Positions 16,250 to 27,323 of a DNA stretch of 48,039 bases are shown here, piece by piece. The position numbers were made by a program, and so were the translations under genes. Each line of letters begins with the position of its first letter. Position 1 is the stretch's first letter. The notes beneath the pieces are model-generated. The model ran no database searches, was not told the origin of the DNA, and was given only the letters and a program-made list of their open reading frames with translations. This DNA comes from an uncultured Clostridia bacterium (GTDB lineage Bacteria; Bacillota; Clostridia; Christensenellales; UBA1242). The stretch covers positions 1 through 48,039 of the forward strand of contig CALVOB010000033.1 of NCBI GenBank assembly GCA_944350095.1, in the 5' to 3' direction.

Positions 16250-17653
16250 ATGAATAATTTAGTATCTTTATTATCATTTGTAGACTTCGGGAGTGCACTT
16301 GTTAATGTGCTTGCTATTATAGCAATTATCATTGCAGGTGGATTTATCATCTTCTTTTTAGGTGATTTATTACTTTCTATTCTTGATCCTAAAACTGAAG
16401 ATAAGAAAAAAGAAAAAGAAAGTCGCCCTGAAGTTTTAAAGGAAGAAACCAAGGTTGAAGAGCATAAGTTTGTTCCTGTTCAAGAGGTAAAACCTGAACC
16501 TGTTAAAGAAGAAAAAGAGGAAGAGGTTAAAACTGTTGATGAAGACCTTGCTGAAAAAGAGCGTTTAGAGTTGGGCTTCCAAGAAGAACCAAAAGCTGAT
16601 AATTTTGACGAACTTAGAAAGGCTGAAGAAGAATATAAGCAAAATAATTTAAAAGCTATTGAAGAAAGACAGAATATTGTTAAAGAAGAGTCTGCTGACG
16701 ATGATATAGACTTAAATGATTTCTTCTTTGATGATGAAGACTTTAATTTTGGCGTTCAAGAAGATGAAGCTCAAAATGAAGAAAAACCTGAAGAAAAGTC
16801 TGAAGAACAACTTGATGGTCAAGTTTCTATTTTCAACGAAGAGCAAACAAATAATGAAGAAAAAGTAGAAAATGAAGCTACTGAAGAACAATCTGAAAAA
16901 GTTGACGAAGAAGCTTTAGCAGAAATTGAAGAGTTAAGAAAAGAACTTGAACAACAAAGAGCTGAATATGAAGCATTAAAAGAACAAACTGAACAAGAAA
17001 AGAACAAATGGAAGGAAGAAAGAGCTGCTCTTGAAAATCTTTTTGAAGCTACTGAAACTAAGGAAGAATTTGTTCCAATGATGACTTTGAAAGAATATGA
17101 AGCTCGTTTGGAAGTTTTAAAAGAAAGATTAAAGGCAAATGAAAAAGACCTTAAAGCTAACAAGAAAGAATTCTTACCTTTAATGAGAGTTAAGAAAAAC
17201 TTAGATAACGACAAGAAGAAACTTAGAAGAAAAGAAGCACTTGTTGCTAAACAAAAAGTTGTGCTTTATGGCGTTAACAATTATGTAGACATCGACGAAG
17301 AAAAGGCTAAAAAACTTGCTGAAGACTTAGATTTACTTGATGGTTTAAGACTTTCTGTTCAACATTGCGAAGAAGTTATAGCAGCTAATAAGGAAAGATA
17401 TCCAATACTTGAAACTACAAATAGAATTTTAACTACTGTAAATAAAGAGATTAAAGCAGATATTGCAGAAGTTGAAACAGCAATAGCTAAACTTAAAGCA
17501 GAAGAAGATGCTGGTGCAAAAGAAGAAGTTGTAGAAGAAACTCAACCACAAGAAGAGGTTGCTAACGCTGAAGAAAAAGTTGAAGAAGTAGCTTCTAATG
17601 AGCAAAAGCAAGAAGAAACTAATGAAGTTCCTCAAAATAATACAGAAAACTAA
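16250..17653 (+). CDS. membrane-anchored, highly acidic E/K-rich coiled-coil protein
   Basis: 467 aa. One N-terminal TM helix (ALVNVLAIIAIIIAGGFIIFFLG), then about 420 aa of E/K/Q-rich heptad-like sequence. SD AGAGG upstream. Confidence 0.7.
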   Translation: MNNLVSLLSFVDFGSALVNVLAIIAIIIAGGFIIFFLGDLLLSILDPKTEDKKKEKESRPEVLKEETKVEEHKFVPVQEVKPEPVKEEKEEEVKTVDEDLAEKERLELGFQEEPKADNFDELRKAEEEYKQNNLKAIEERQNIVKEESADDDIDLNDFFFDDEDFNFGVQEDEAQNEEKPEEKSEEQLDGQVSIFNEEQTNNEEKVENEATEEQSEKVDEEALAEIEELRKELEQQRAEYEALKEQTEQEKNKWKEERAALENLFEATETKEEFVPMMTLKEYEARLEVLKERLKANEKDLKANKKEFLPLMRVKKNLDNDKKKLRRKEALVAKQKVVLYGVNNYVDIDEEKAKKLAEDLDLLDGLRLSVQHCEEVIAANKERYPILETTNRILTTVNKEIKADIAEVETAIAKLKAEEDAGAKEEVVEETQPQEEVANAEEKVEEVASNEQKQEETNEVPQNNTEN

Positions 17654-17665
17654 TATAATTTATAA

Positions 17666-17707
17666 AAAATATTTCCGTTAATTGTGGCGGAAATATTTTT
17701 TTTGTGA
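17666..17707 (+). terminator. intrinsic terminator
   Basis: AAAATATTTCCG-ttaattgtgg-CGGAAATATTTT followed by a T run. Confidence 0.7.
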
Positions 17708-17719
17708 TAATATAGTACT

Positions 17720-18571
17720 ATGAGATTTTTAAGTTTTGCAGGTTTTAAAAAAAGAAAACTAAAAATAGGGTTAGCTCTTGGGGGAGGAGGTGCAAGAGGC
17801 TTTTCTCACTTGGGTGCCTTAAAAGCGTTTGAAGAATATGGATTAGACTTTGATTATGTTTGTGGTACTAGTGCTGGAAGTTTAGTAGGAGCTTTCTATG
17901 CTGCTGGATATAATTACAAACAAATTTTTGATGTTGCAAAAACTATAAAAACTAAGGATATTAGAACTAGCAAACTTTTTTTTGTACCTTCTAAAACTGA
18001 TGGGATTGAAAAAATTATTACGGACAACTTAGGAGATATAAATATAGAAGACTTGAAAAAACCTTTTTCTGCGGTGGCAGTGGATATAAAATCTACCAAT
18101 GAAGTGTGTATTACAAAAGGAAATCTTGCAAAAGCAGTGGCAGGTAGTTGTTGTGTTCCCGGAATATTTCAACCAGTAGAATTTGGTGATAGGCTTTTAT
18201 GTGATGGCGGACTTCAAAATACAATGCCAGCAGATATCCCTAAACTTATGGGCTGTGATTATGTTGTTGCAGTTGATGTAAATAAATCTAGAACTTATGG
18301 GACTTCTTCTACTAAAATGTTAGATGTTTTAGCTTGTGCTATTAGAATTTTAATGAAAGGAAATGTAGTAAAAGGTTATGTAAATGGTGATGTAATTTTA
18401 AAACCTGAAACTAAGAGATTTAAATCTACTAGTACGGAAGGTTATCTTGACATGATTGAGGAGGGTTACCGCGAGGCGATAGATAAAATGCCAGATGTTC
18501 TTGCGTTATTTCAGGGAAGAGCACCTAAAAAGAAAGTTGAATTACATGAGGAGAATTTTGAGATTATATAA
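17720..18571 (+). CDS. patatin-like phospholipase
   Basis: 283 aa. Oxyanion GGGGARG, nucleophile GTSAGS, and catalytic Asp in a DGG motif (LCDGGLQN). Confidence 0.85.
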   Translation: MRFLSFAGFKKRKLKIGLALGGGGARGFSHLGALKAFEEYGLDFDYVCGTSAGSLVGAFYAAGYNYKQIFDVAKTIKTKDIRTSKLFFVPSKTDGIEKIITDNLGDINIEDLKKPFSAVAVDIKSTNEVCITKGNLAKAVAGSCCVPGIFQPVEFGDRLLCDGGLQNTMPADIPKLMGCDYVVAVDVNKSRTYGTSSTKMLDVLACAIRILMKGNVVKGYVNGDVILKPETKRFKSTSTEGYLDMIEEGYREAIDKMPDVLALFQGRAPKKKVELHEENFEII

Positions 18572-19686
18572 TGGCAAAAGAAAAAAATTATAAAGGTTTA
18601 TTTATTAGATGTTTAATTGCTCTAATTTTTGTTGGGCTACTTCTTTCAACCTATTTTGTTAGAGAGCAGATTGAAAATTATTTAAATTCAGTTTTATATC
18701 CAGAAGTATCTGATGATATTTCCAATTCCAAACTTATTATGCACTTTATAAATGTTGGCAATGCAGATGCAATAGCTATTGAACTTCCAAATGGTGAACA
18801 TATGCTCATTGATAGTGGTGACAACAATAATACATCTCGTGAAGCACTTATTTCCTATTTAGATAATAATTTTTTTGAAAATGGCGAAGAAAAAGTTTTT
18901 GATTACTTTATTCTTACACATTCTGACGCTGACCATGTGGGAGGTGCGGAAATTGTTTTAAATACATACAAAATTGAAAAATGTTTTAGACCATATCAAT
19001 TCACAGAGCAGGAGGCAACTGAAAATAATATAACAAATAAAAATAATATTGTAACTACGCAAGTTTTTCAAAAATTTGTGAATGCTTTGGAGAAAGAAAA
19101 TTGTGAAGTTGAGTTTTTTACCGTAAATTCTGATATCAATTTTTCTGATTTTAATATAAACTTTATAGCTCCAGTTGAAACTACTTTTTCCGATACTAAT
19201 AATTATTCTCCTGTTATGATTTTAACTTATGCAGGAGTTAAAACAATGTTTACAGGTGATGCAGAAAAGGAGGTTGAAGATTCTCTGCTAGACTTGTATA
19301 GCGATTATAGTGGGGAATATGCTACTAGTGTATTGGATATAGACATCTTAAAAGTAGGACATCATGGTAGCGATACTTCTTCTACAGAAGACTTTATTAA
19401 GGCTACAACTCCGAGTTATGCGGTTATATGTACAGACGGAAAGGAATATGGTCACCCAAGTAAAACAGTTTTAAATAGGCTTCAAAACAATGGAACTAAA
19501 AATATTTATAGAACAGACTTGAACGGCAATATTGTTATAGGTGTTAGTGAAGATGGTACAATTTCTGCTGTTTTAGGCACCATTACAAAAGGATTTAAGA
19601 TTGAATGGTATCAATTAGTTATTTTAGTTGGTTCGGTTGGGTTGGTTATTATTTTTACAATTGGAAAAAAGAAGAAAGCTAAATAG
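18571..19686 (+). CDS. ComEC/Rec2-related metallo-beta-lactamase-fold hydrolase (membrane anchored)
   Basis: 371 aa. N- and C-terminal TM helices. LTHSDADHVGG (HxHxDH), GDAE and KVGHHGS motifs typical of the ComEC C-terminal MBL domain. TAATG coupling to the patatin gene. Confidence 0.8.
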   Translation: MAKEKNYKGLFIRCLIALIFVGLLLSTYFVREQIENYLNSVLYPEVSDDISNSKLIMHFINVGNADAIAIELPNGEHMLIDSGDNNNTSREALISYLDNNFFENGEEKVFDYFILTHSDADHVGGAEIVLNTYKIEKCFRPYQFTEQEATENNITNKNNIVTTQVFQKFVNALEKENCEVEFFTVNSDINFSDFNINFIAPVETTFSDTNNYSPVMILTYAGVKTMFTGDAEKEVEDSLLDLYSDYSGEYATSVLDIDILKVGHHGSDTSSTEDFIKATTPSYAVICTDGKEYGHPSKTVLNRLQNNGTKNIYRTDLNGNIVIGVSEDGTISAVLGTITKGFKIEWYQLVILVGSVGLVIIFTIGKKKKAK

Positions 19687-19773
19687 CACGGAAGTAAATT
19701 TTGCAAAGCAAAATTTTAAAAACTGCACTTTGTGCAGTTTTTTGCTTGTGGCAAGCCACAAGCACTTCCGTGC
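19686..19773. repeat. 88-nt perfect nested palindrome (outer stem plus three hairpins; four-way junction), copy 1
   Basis: Outer stem 19686-19695/19764-19773 (10 bp). Hairpins at 19696-19716 (9 bp), 19718-19742 (11 bp, TTT loop) and 19744-19763 (8 bp). All pairs are Watson-Crick. Confidence 0.7.
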
Positions 19774-20149
19774 CTTGAAATAACTGTTAATAAAGTATTT
19801 TATTTTTAAAGTACTTGTCTTAAAAACTTTGTTATGTGTTTTGCTCGCAAGCTTTTTTCCCAAGTGGATGTTACTTAGAAAAACTATTGTTTCTTTTTGA
19901 ACTAGAACTTCCACAATTTTTATAAAACAAGTTTGCTTATGCAAACTCACCTTGATATATCAAGGCATCACAATTTGAATAAACATCAGTTTTGATTGGC
20001 TATATGCTTCGCTTGTATTCCCTCAAAACTCCGATAATATAAAAAAATATACACTTTTTTATAAAGTGTAATTTTTTAAACAAAAAATCTTATATTTTTT
20101 GCTTGGATTAATTGATTATTTTATGCTAATATTAATCTTAGGTAGAAGT

Positions 20150-20599
20150 ATGAAACCTAATTTGGTAATTATAGGGTTTGAAAAAGAGTTTAATAAAAAG
20201 CTTTGCATATATCTTGCAGACAAGTTAGATATGTTTTTTGTTGATGTTAAAGAATTGATTGAGTACGATTTAGTTAATAGTAAGGAAGCACTTTTAAGGT
20301 GTGTAAAGGAATATATAGAAAAGGAAGAGCGAAAAACAGTTAGAAATGTTTCAGAATATGAGAACTCTGTTGTTAATATCCCTTACGACATATTTGTAAC
20401 CAATCGTGATTTTTTTAAAGCTGGAAACATAAATATATTTATTAAGCCTTTTAAGGCAGATGATATTGATGATATAGTTATGCAGGATAGAATAGCTCTT
20501 TTAAAAAATGATTGTCATATTTTTATAGAAAATAGTGAAAATAATATTGAAAAATGTTATAATTTAATAATGTCAAAACTAAAAGGAGACAATAGATGA
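20150..20599 (+). CDS. shikimate-kinase-like protein with a degenerate P-loop
   Basis: MKPNLVIIGFEKEFNKKLCIYLADKLDMFFVDVKELIE aligns by eye to AroK (..IGFMGSGKST.G..LA..L...F.D.D..IE), but GxxGxGKS/T is replaced by GFEKEFNK. ATGA overlap with tkt. The track's 20099 start is a TTG extension. Confidence 0.45.
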   Translation: MKPNLVIIGFEKEFNKKLCIYLADKLDMFFVDVKELIEYDLVNSKEALLRCVKEYIEKEERKTVRNVSEYENSVVNIPYDIFVTNRDFFKAGNINIFIKPFKADDIDDIVMQDRIALLKNDCHIFIENSENNIEKCYNLIMSKLKGDNR

Positions 20600-22542
20600 A
20601 AATTAATCAAAAGTGCATAAATACGGCAAGGGTTTTATCTGCTGAAATGATAAATAGGGCAAACTCTGGGCACACTGGTGTTGCACTTGGAGCTGCACCA
20701 ATACTATATGCACTTTTTAAAGACCATTATAATTTTTATTCAAATAAATATATTAATAGAGATCGTTTTGTATTATCTGCGGGGCATGCTAGTGCATTGT
20801 ACTATGCTTATTTACATATGTTTGGTTTTGATGTAAGCATTGAGGATTTAAAAAATTTTAGAAAGTTGGGTTCTAAAACACCTGGGCACCCTGAATATGG
20901 AGTTACAGATGGCGTTGAAACTAGTACGGGGCCATTAGGTCAGGGAGTTGCTAATGCAGTTGGACTTGCAATAGCACAAAAATCATTGGCAGAGCGATTT
21001 AATGTACAAAAATTTAATATAATAGATAATTTTACATACTGCTTTGTTGGAGATGGTTGCTTAATGGAAGGGGTGGCGCAAGAGGCTTGCAGTCTTGCTG
21101 GAAATTTAAAGTTAAATAAGTTAATTCTTCTTTATGATTGTAATCAAATTACAATAGATGGAAAATTAAATATATCCAACTCGGAAAATACAAAACAAAA
21201 ATTTAAAGCTATGGGCTGGAATGTTATAACAGTTAATAATGGCAATAGCTATTTAAGTATAACAAAAGCAATATTTAGAGCGAAAAAGAGCAAGAAAAAG
21301 CCTACTATTATAATCTTTAAAACACAAATTGGATATGGAAGCGTTCATGCAGGTTCTAATTTAATACATGGTAAGCCTTTAACAAATGAAGAACTTGAAA
21401 TGTTAAAACAAAATTTGGAAGTTGAAGGCAATTTTAAAGTTGATGAAGATGTAAAGGAATATTGCTACCGTGCACATAGAAGAGCAAAAGTGGAATATTT
21501 TAAATGGGAAAAGCAAGTTGTACTTTATAAGAATACTCATCCAGATTTGTGTCAGCAGTTTTTTGATTATTTCAATAGATCTAAATTAAATTTGCCTAAG
21601 CTTTGTAAGGGTAAGTTTACAGAAAATATGCCTATGCGAGAGGCTAATCATATTGTATTAAATCAGGTTGCAAAAAATTTGACATCATTTATGGGTGGAA
21701 CAGCTGATGTTGCTCCTTCTACGCTAGCATATATTGATGATGGAGGAGATTTCTCTGAAATAAATTATAGGGGAAGGAACATTCATTATGGCGTTCGTGA
21801 ACATGCTATGGGAGCAATTACAAATGGGATTGCATTATATGCAGGTGCTAGCACATTTTGTTCTACATTTCTTTCTTTTTCAAACTACGAAATTCCAGCT
21901 TTGCGTATGGCAGGGCTTATGAATTTGCCTGTTATGCACATATTTACACATGATAGCATTATTGTTGGCGAAGATGGACCAACACATCAACCTGTTGAAC
22001 AATTAACTCAAATTCGTGCTATTCCAAATCTTACTGTTTATAGACCTGCTGATACTAATGAACTTATGGCAGTGTATAGTATGGCTTATGAAAACAAAAA
22101 ACCATGTGCAATAGTTATAGCTAAACAGGCTTTGCCAGAAATAAATAGCAGTTTTGAGGGTGCTACTTGTGGGGCTTATGTTTTAGTTGAAGATGATAAG
22201 CCTGATGTAATTTTATTTACTAGCGGAAGTGAAGTGGGATTAGCTTTAAAAGCAAAAGAGCTTTTAAATAAGGATAATATATCTTGCGTAATTGTTAGCG
22301 TTCCAAGCATTGAAGTGTTTGAAAGACAAACTGATAAATATAAAAAATCTATTTTAAAGCATGAAATAAATAATAGATTTTGTGTAGAAGCTTCCAATGA
22401 TTATAAATGGTTAAATGTTTTTGGTGGAAAATTTTTTGGTATAACTAAATTTGGAGCTAGTGGAAAAGGTAAAGATGTTATTAAATACATGAATTTTGAG
22501 CCAAAAGATTTAGTAAAGTTTATAAAATCTAATATAAATTAA
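20596..22542 (+). CDS. tkt: transketolase
   Basis: 648 aa. GHTGVALG, GHPE, the TPP-binding GDGCLMEGV..E motif, and HDSIIVGEDGPTHQPVE. Confidence 0.95.
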   Translation: MKINQKCINTARVLSAEMINRANSGHTGVALGAAPILYALFKDHYNFYSNKYINRDRFVLSAGHASALYYAYLHMFGFDVSIEDLKNFRKLGSKTPGHPEYGVTDGVETSTGPLGQGVANAVGLAIAQKSLAERFNVQKFNIIDNFTYCFVGDGCLMEGVAQEACSLAGNLKLNKLILLYDCNQITIDGKLNISNSENTKQKFKAMGWNVITVNNGNSYLSITKAIFRAKKSKKKPTIIIFKTQIGYGSVHAGSNLIHGKPLTNEELEMLKQNLEVEGNFKVDEDVKEYCYRAHRRAKVEYFKWEKQVVLYKNTHPDLCQQFFDYFNRSKLNLPKLCKGKFTENMPMREANHIVLNQVAKNLTSFMGGTADVAPSTLAYIDDGGDFSEINYRGRNIHYGVREHAMGAITNGIALYAGASTFCSTFLSFSNYEIPALRMAGLMNLPVMHIFTHDSIIVGEDGPTHQPVEQLTQIRAIPNLTVYRPADTNELMAVYSMAYENKKPCAIVIAKQALPEINSSFEGATCGAYVLVEDDKPDVILFTSGSEVGLALKAKELLNKDNISCVIVSVPSIEVFERQTDKYKKSILKHEINNRFCVEASNDYKWLNVFGGKFFGITKFGASGKGKDVIKYMNFEPKDLVKFIKSNIN

Positions 22543-22612
22543 AAAATTTGAATATTTTATAACAAAGTACATAAAATAAACTTGCGAATAGCTATAAGGC
22601 TTCCTCGCACAA

Positions 22613-22639
22613 GCGCCTATAAAACGAGGCGCTTTTTTT
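22613..22639 (+). terminator. intrinsic terminator after tkt
   Basis: GCGCCT-ataaaacg-AGGCGC followed by TTTTTTT. Confidence 0.75.
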
Positions 22640-22650
22640 GTTATAAATGT

Positions 22651-22679
22651 TTGACTATAAAAAACTTTATCATTATAAT
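22651..22679 (+). promoter_or_regulatory. consensus sigma-70 promoter for nifJ
   Basis: TTGACT (22651-22656), 17-nt spacer, TATAAT (22674-22679). Confidence 0.6.
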
Positions 22680-22688
22680 TTTATTTAG

Positions 22689-26135
<3,447 letters not shown>

Positions 26136-26232
26136 AGGTTTTAAAAGGTTATTAAAAGAGCGTTGTCAAATTTTTAAGGCTTTTATAAATAAAATATTTA
26201 AAAATAGACTTTTAATAGATTATATAAAAAAA

Positions 26233-26319
26233 ATGCCCATGCGCGCGGAGAAATTTATTTCTCCGCAAGCGGGCTTTTTTAAAGCCCGCTTGGCACTTTT
26301 AGTGCCAGCGCATGGGCAT
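26233..26319. repeat. 87-nt perfect nested palindrome (outer stem plus three hairpins; four-way junction), copy 2
   Basis: Outer stem 26233-26244/26308-26319 (12 bp). Hairpins at 26245-26266 (9 bp), 26267-26291 (11 bp, TTT loop) and 26292-26306 (6 bp, TTT loop). All pairs are Watson-Crick. Confidence 0.7.
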
Positions 26320-26458
26320 GCAAAAACAGCAGAGATTTATAATGTTCTGCTGTTTTGCTAGGTAAAGAAATAACTTTCTTTACACTATTAATTTATGTAG
26401 TTTTAAAAATATTATTCAAAAATTATAAAAATTTTTACATTTATGTTATAATAAATTT

Positions 26459-27190
26459 ATGAGAGTGTTAATTACAATAGAATATAATGGTAAATATTTT
26501 AATGGCTGGCAAAGGCAAAAAAAAGGGATAGGAGTACAAGAAGTATTAGAAAATGCTTTAAGAAATCTTTTAAAAGAAGAAATTACATTAGTTGCAAGTG
26601 GAAGGACAGACGCTGGCGTACATGCAATATGCCAATATGCACATTTTGACACACATACAAATTTTGCATTAGATAAGCTTCCTTTTGCAATAAATGTAAA
26701 TCTTCCTAATGGGGTAAGAGTGCTTTCAGCAAAGCAAGTAGATAATTCTTTTAATGCAAGAACAAGTGCACATAAAAAAACATATTTATATAAACTTTAC
26801 ACAAGAAAAATTTTAAGCCCATTGCGAGAAGAATATTTTGCAAATGTTCCTTATGAATTAGATTACAATAAAATGATAGAAGCCTCTAAGCTTTTTTTAG
26901 GCAAGCACAATTTTAAAGGCTTTTGTTCTGAGGGTTCAAGTGTAATTAATTTTGAAAGAGAAATTTTTTCTTTTACAATAGATAAATTTGAAGATGAATA
27001 TTATTTCAAAATTACAGGTAACGGTTTTTTGTATAACATGGTTAGAAGAATAGTGGCTAGCGTTGTGGAAGTTGGCAAAAATAAATTAGAATTAAAAGAT
27101 ATTGCTTTTGCTCTTAAAAACTTTGAACAAAAGCATATTACAAAGGTTATGCCAGCCTGTGGGTTGTATCTTTATAATGTTGAATATTAA
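26459..27190 (+). CDS. truA: tRNA pseudouridine(38-40) synthase
   Basis: 243 aa. YNGKYFNGWQRQ and catalytic-Asp motif ASGRTDAGVHA, plus GFLYNMVRRIV. Confidence 0.9.
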   Translation: MRVLITIEYNGKYFNGWQRQKKGIGVQEVLENALRNLLKEEITLVASGRTDAGVHAICQYAHFDTHTNFALDKLPFAINVNLPNGVRVLSAKQVDNSFNARTSAHKKTYLYKLYTRKILSPLREEYFANVPYELDYNKMIEASKLFLGKHNFKGFCSEGSSVINFEREIFSFTIDKFEDEYYFKITGNGFLYNMVRRIVASVVEVGKNKLELKDIAFALKNFEQKHITKVMPACGLYLYNVEY

Positions 27191-27253
27191 TAAAAAAGAA
27201 TAAATTGTAATATAAACATTACTATATAAAATTTTTGCATAAATATTTATAAA

Positions 27254-27289
27254 ATTGCATAAAAACGCTTGGTTTATGCAATTTTTTTT
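27254..27289 (+). terminator. intrinsic terminator after truA
   Basis: ATTGCATAAA-aacgcttgg-TTTATGCAAT followed by TTTTTTT. Confidence 0.7.
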
Positions 27290-27323
27290 GTTATTATTAA
27301 TTTATACAAAGGAGAATTACAAG

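Noticed and set aside
16819-17214. 131-aa minus-strand Ser-rich ORF, and similar antisense ORFs at 24300-24740, 31751-32167 and 47292-47630
   Set aside because: These are reverse-complement artefacts inside well-supported genes (the E-rich gene, nifJ, lysS and spmA). They are low-complexity and have no translation signals.
16440-17640. GAA/AAG-rich repetitive DNA as a repeat array or CRISPR-like feature
   Set aside because: It is coding low-complexity sequence (Glu/Lys codons) with no regular repeat-spacer periodicity.
15191-17653. Genomic island integrated at the tmRNA 3' end
   Set aside because: No integrase is present, and I found no duplicated copy of the ssrA 3' end (GGTTCAATTCCCGCCGCTTCCACCA) downstream.
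19686-19773. Cloverleaf-shaped palindromes (also 26233-26319) as tRNA or tRNA-like genes
   Set aside because: The stems are 6-12 bp rather than 7/4/5/5. The loops are 3-4 nt. There is no T-loop GTTCRANYC, no D-loop and no 7-nt anticodon loop. The junctions have 0-1 unpaired nucleotides.
19624-19950. 108-aa minus-strand ORF
   Set aside because: It overlaps the 3' end of the MBL gene and the palindrome. It has no SD, no motifs and a composition atypical of the coding genes here.
22581-22612. Possible third copy of the nested-palindrome element upstream of the tkt terminator
   Set aside because: Only an imperfect 7-bp outer pairing exists (CTTGCGA/TCGCacAAG, with a bulge). The interior has no stable hairpins. 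The architecture and pair count do not match the other two.
26233-26319. 3'-UTR SECIS-like element directing decoding of the nifJ UGA
   Set aside because: Bacterial SECIS elements lie immediately 3' of the UGA, not 3 kb away. The recoded position is a conserved Gly, not Cys or Sec. The matching copy at 19686 follows an operon with no in-frame stop.
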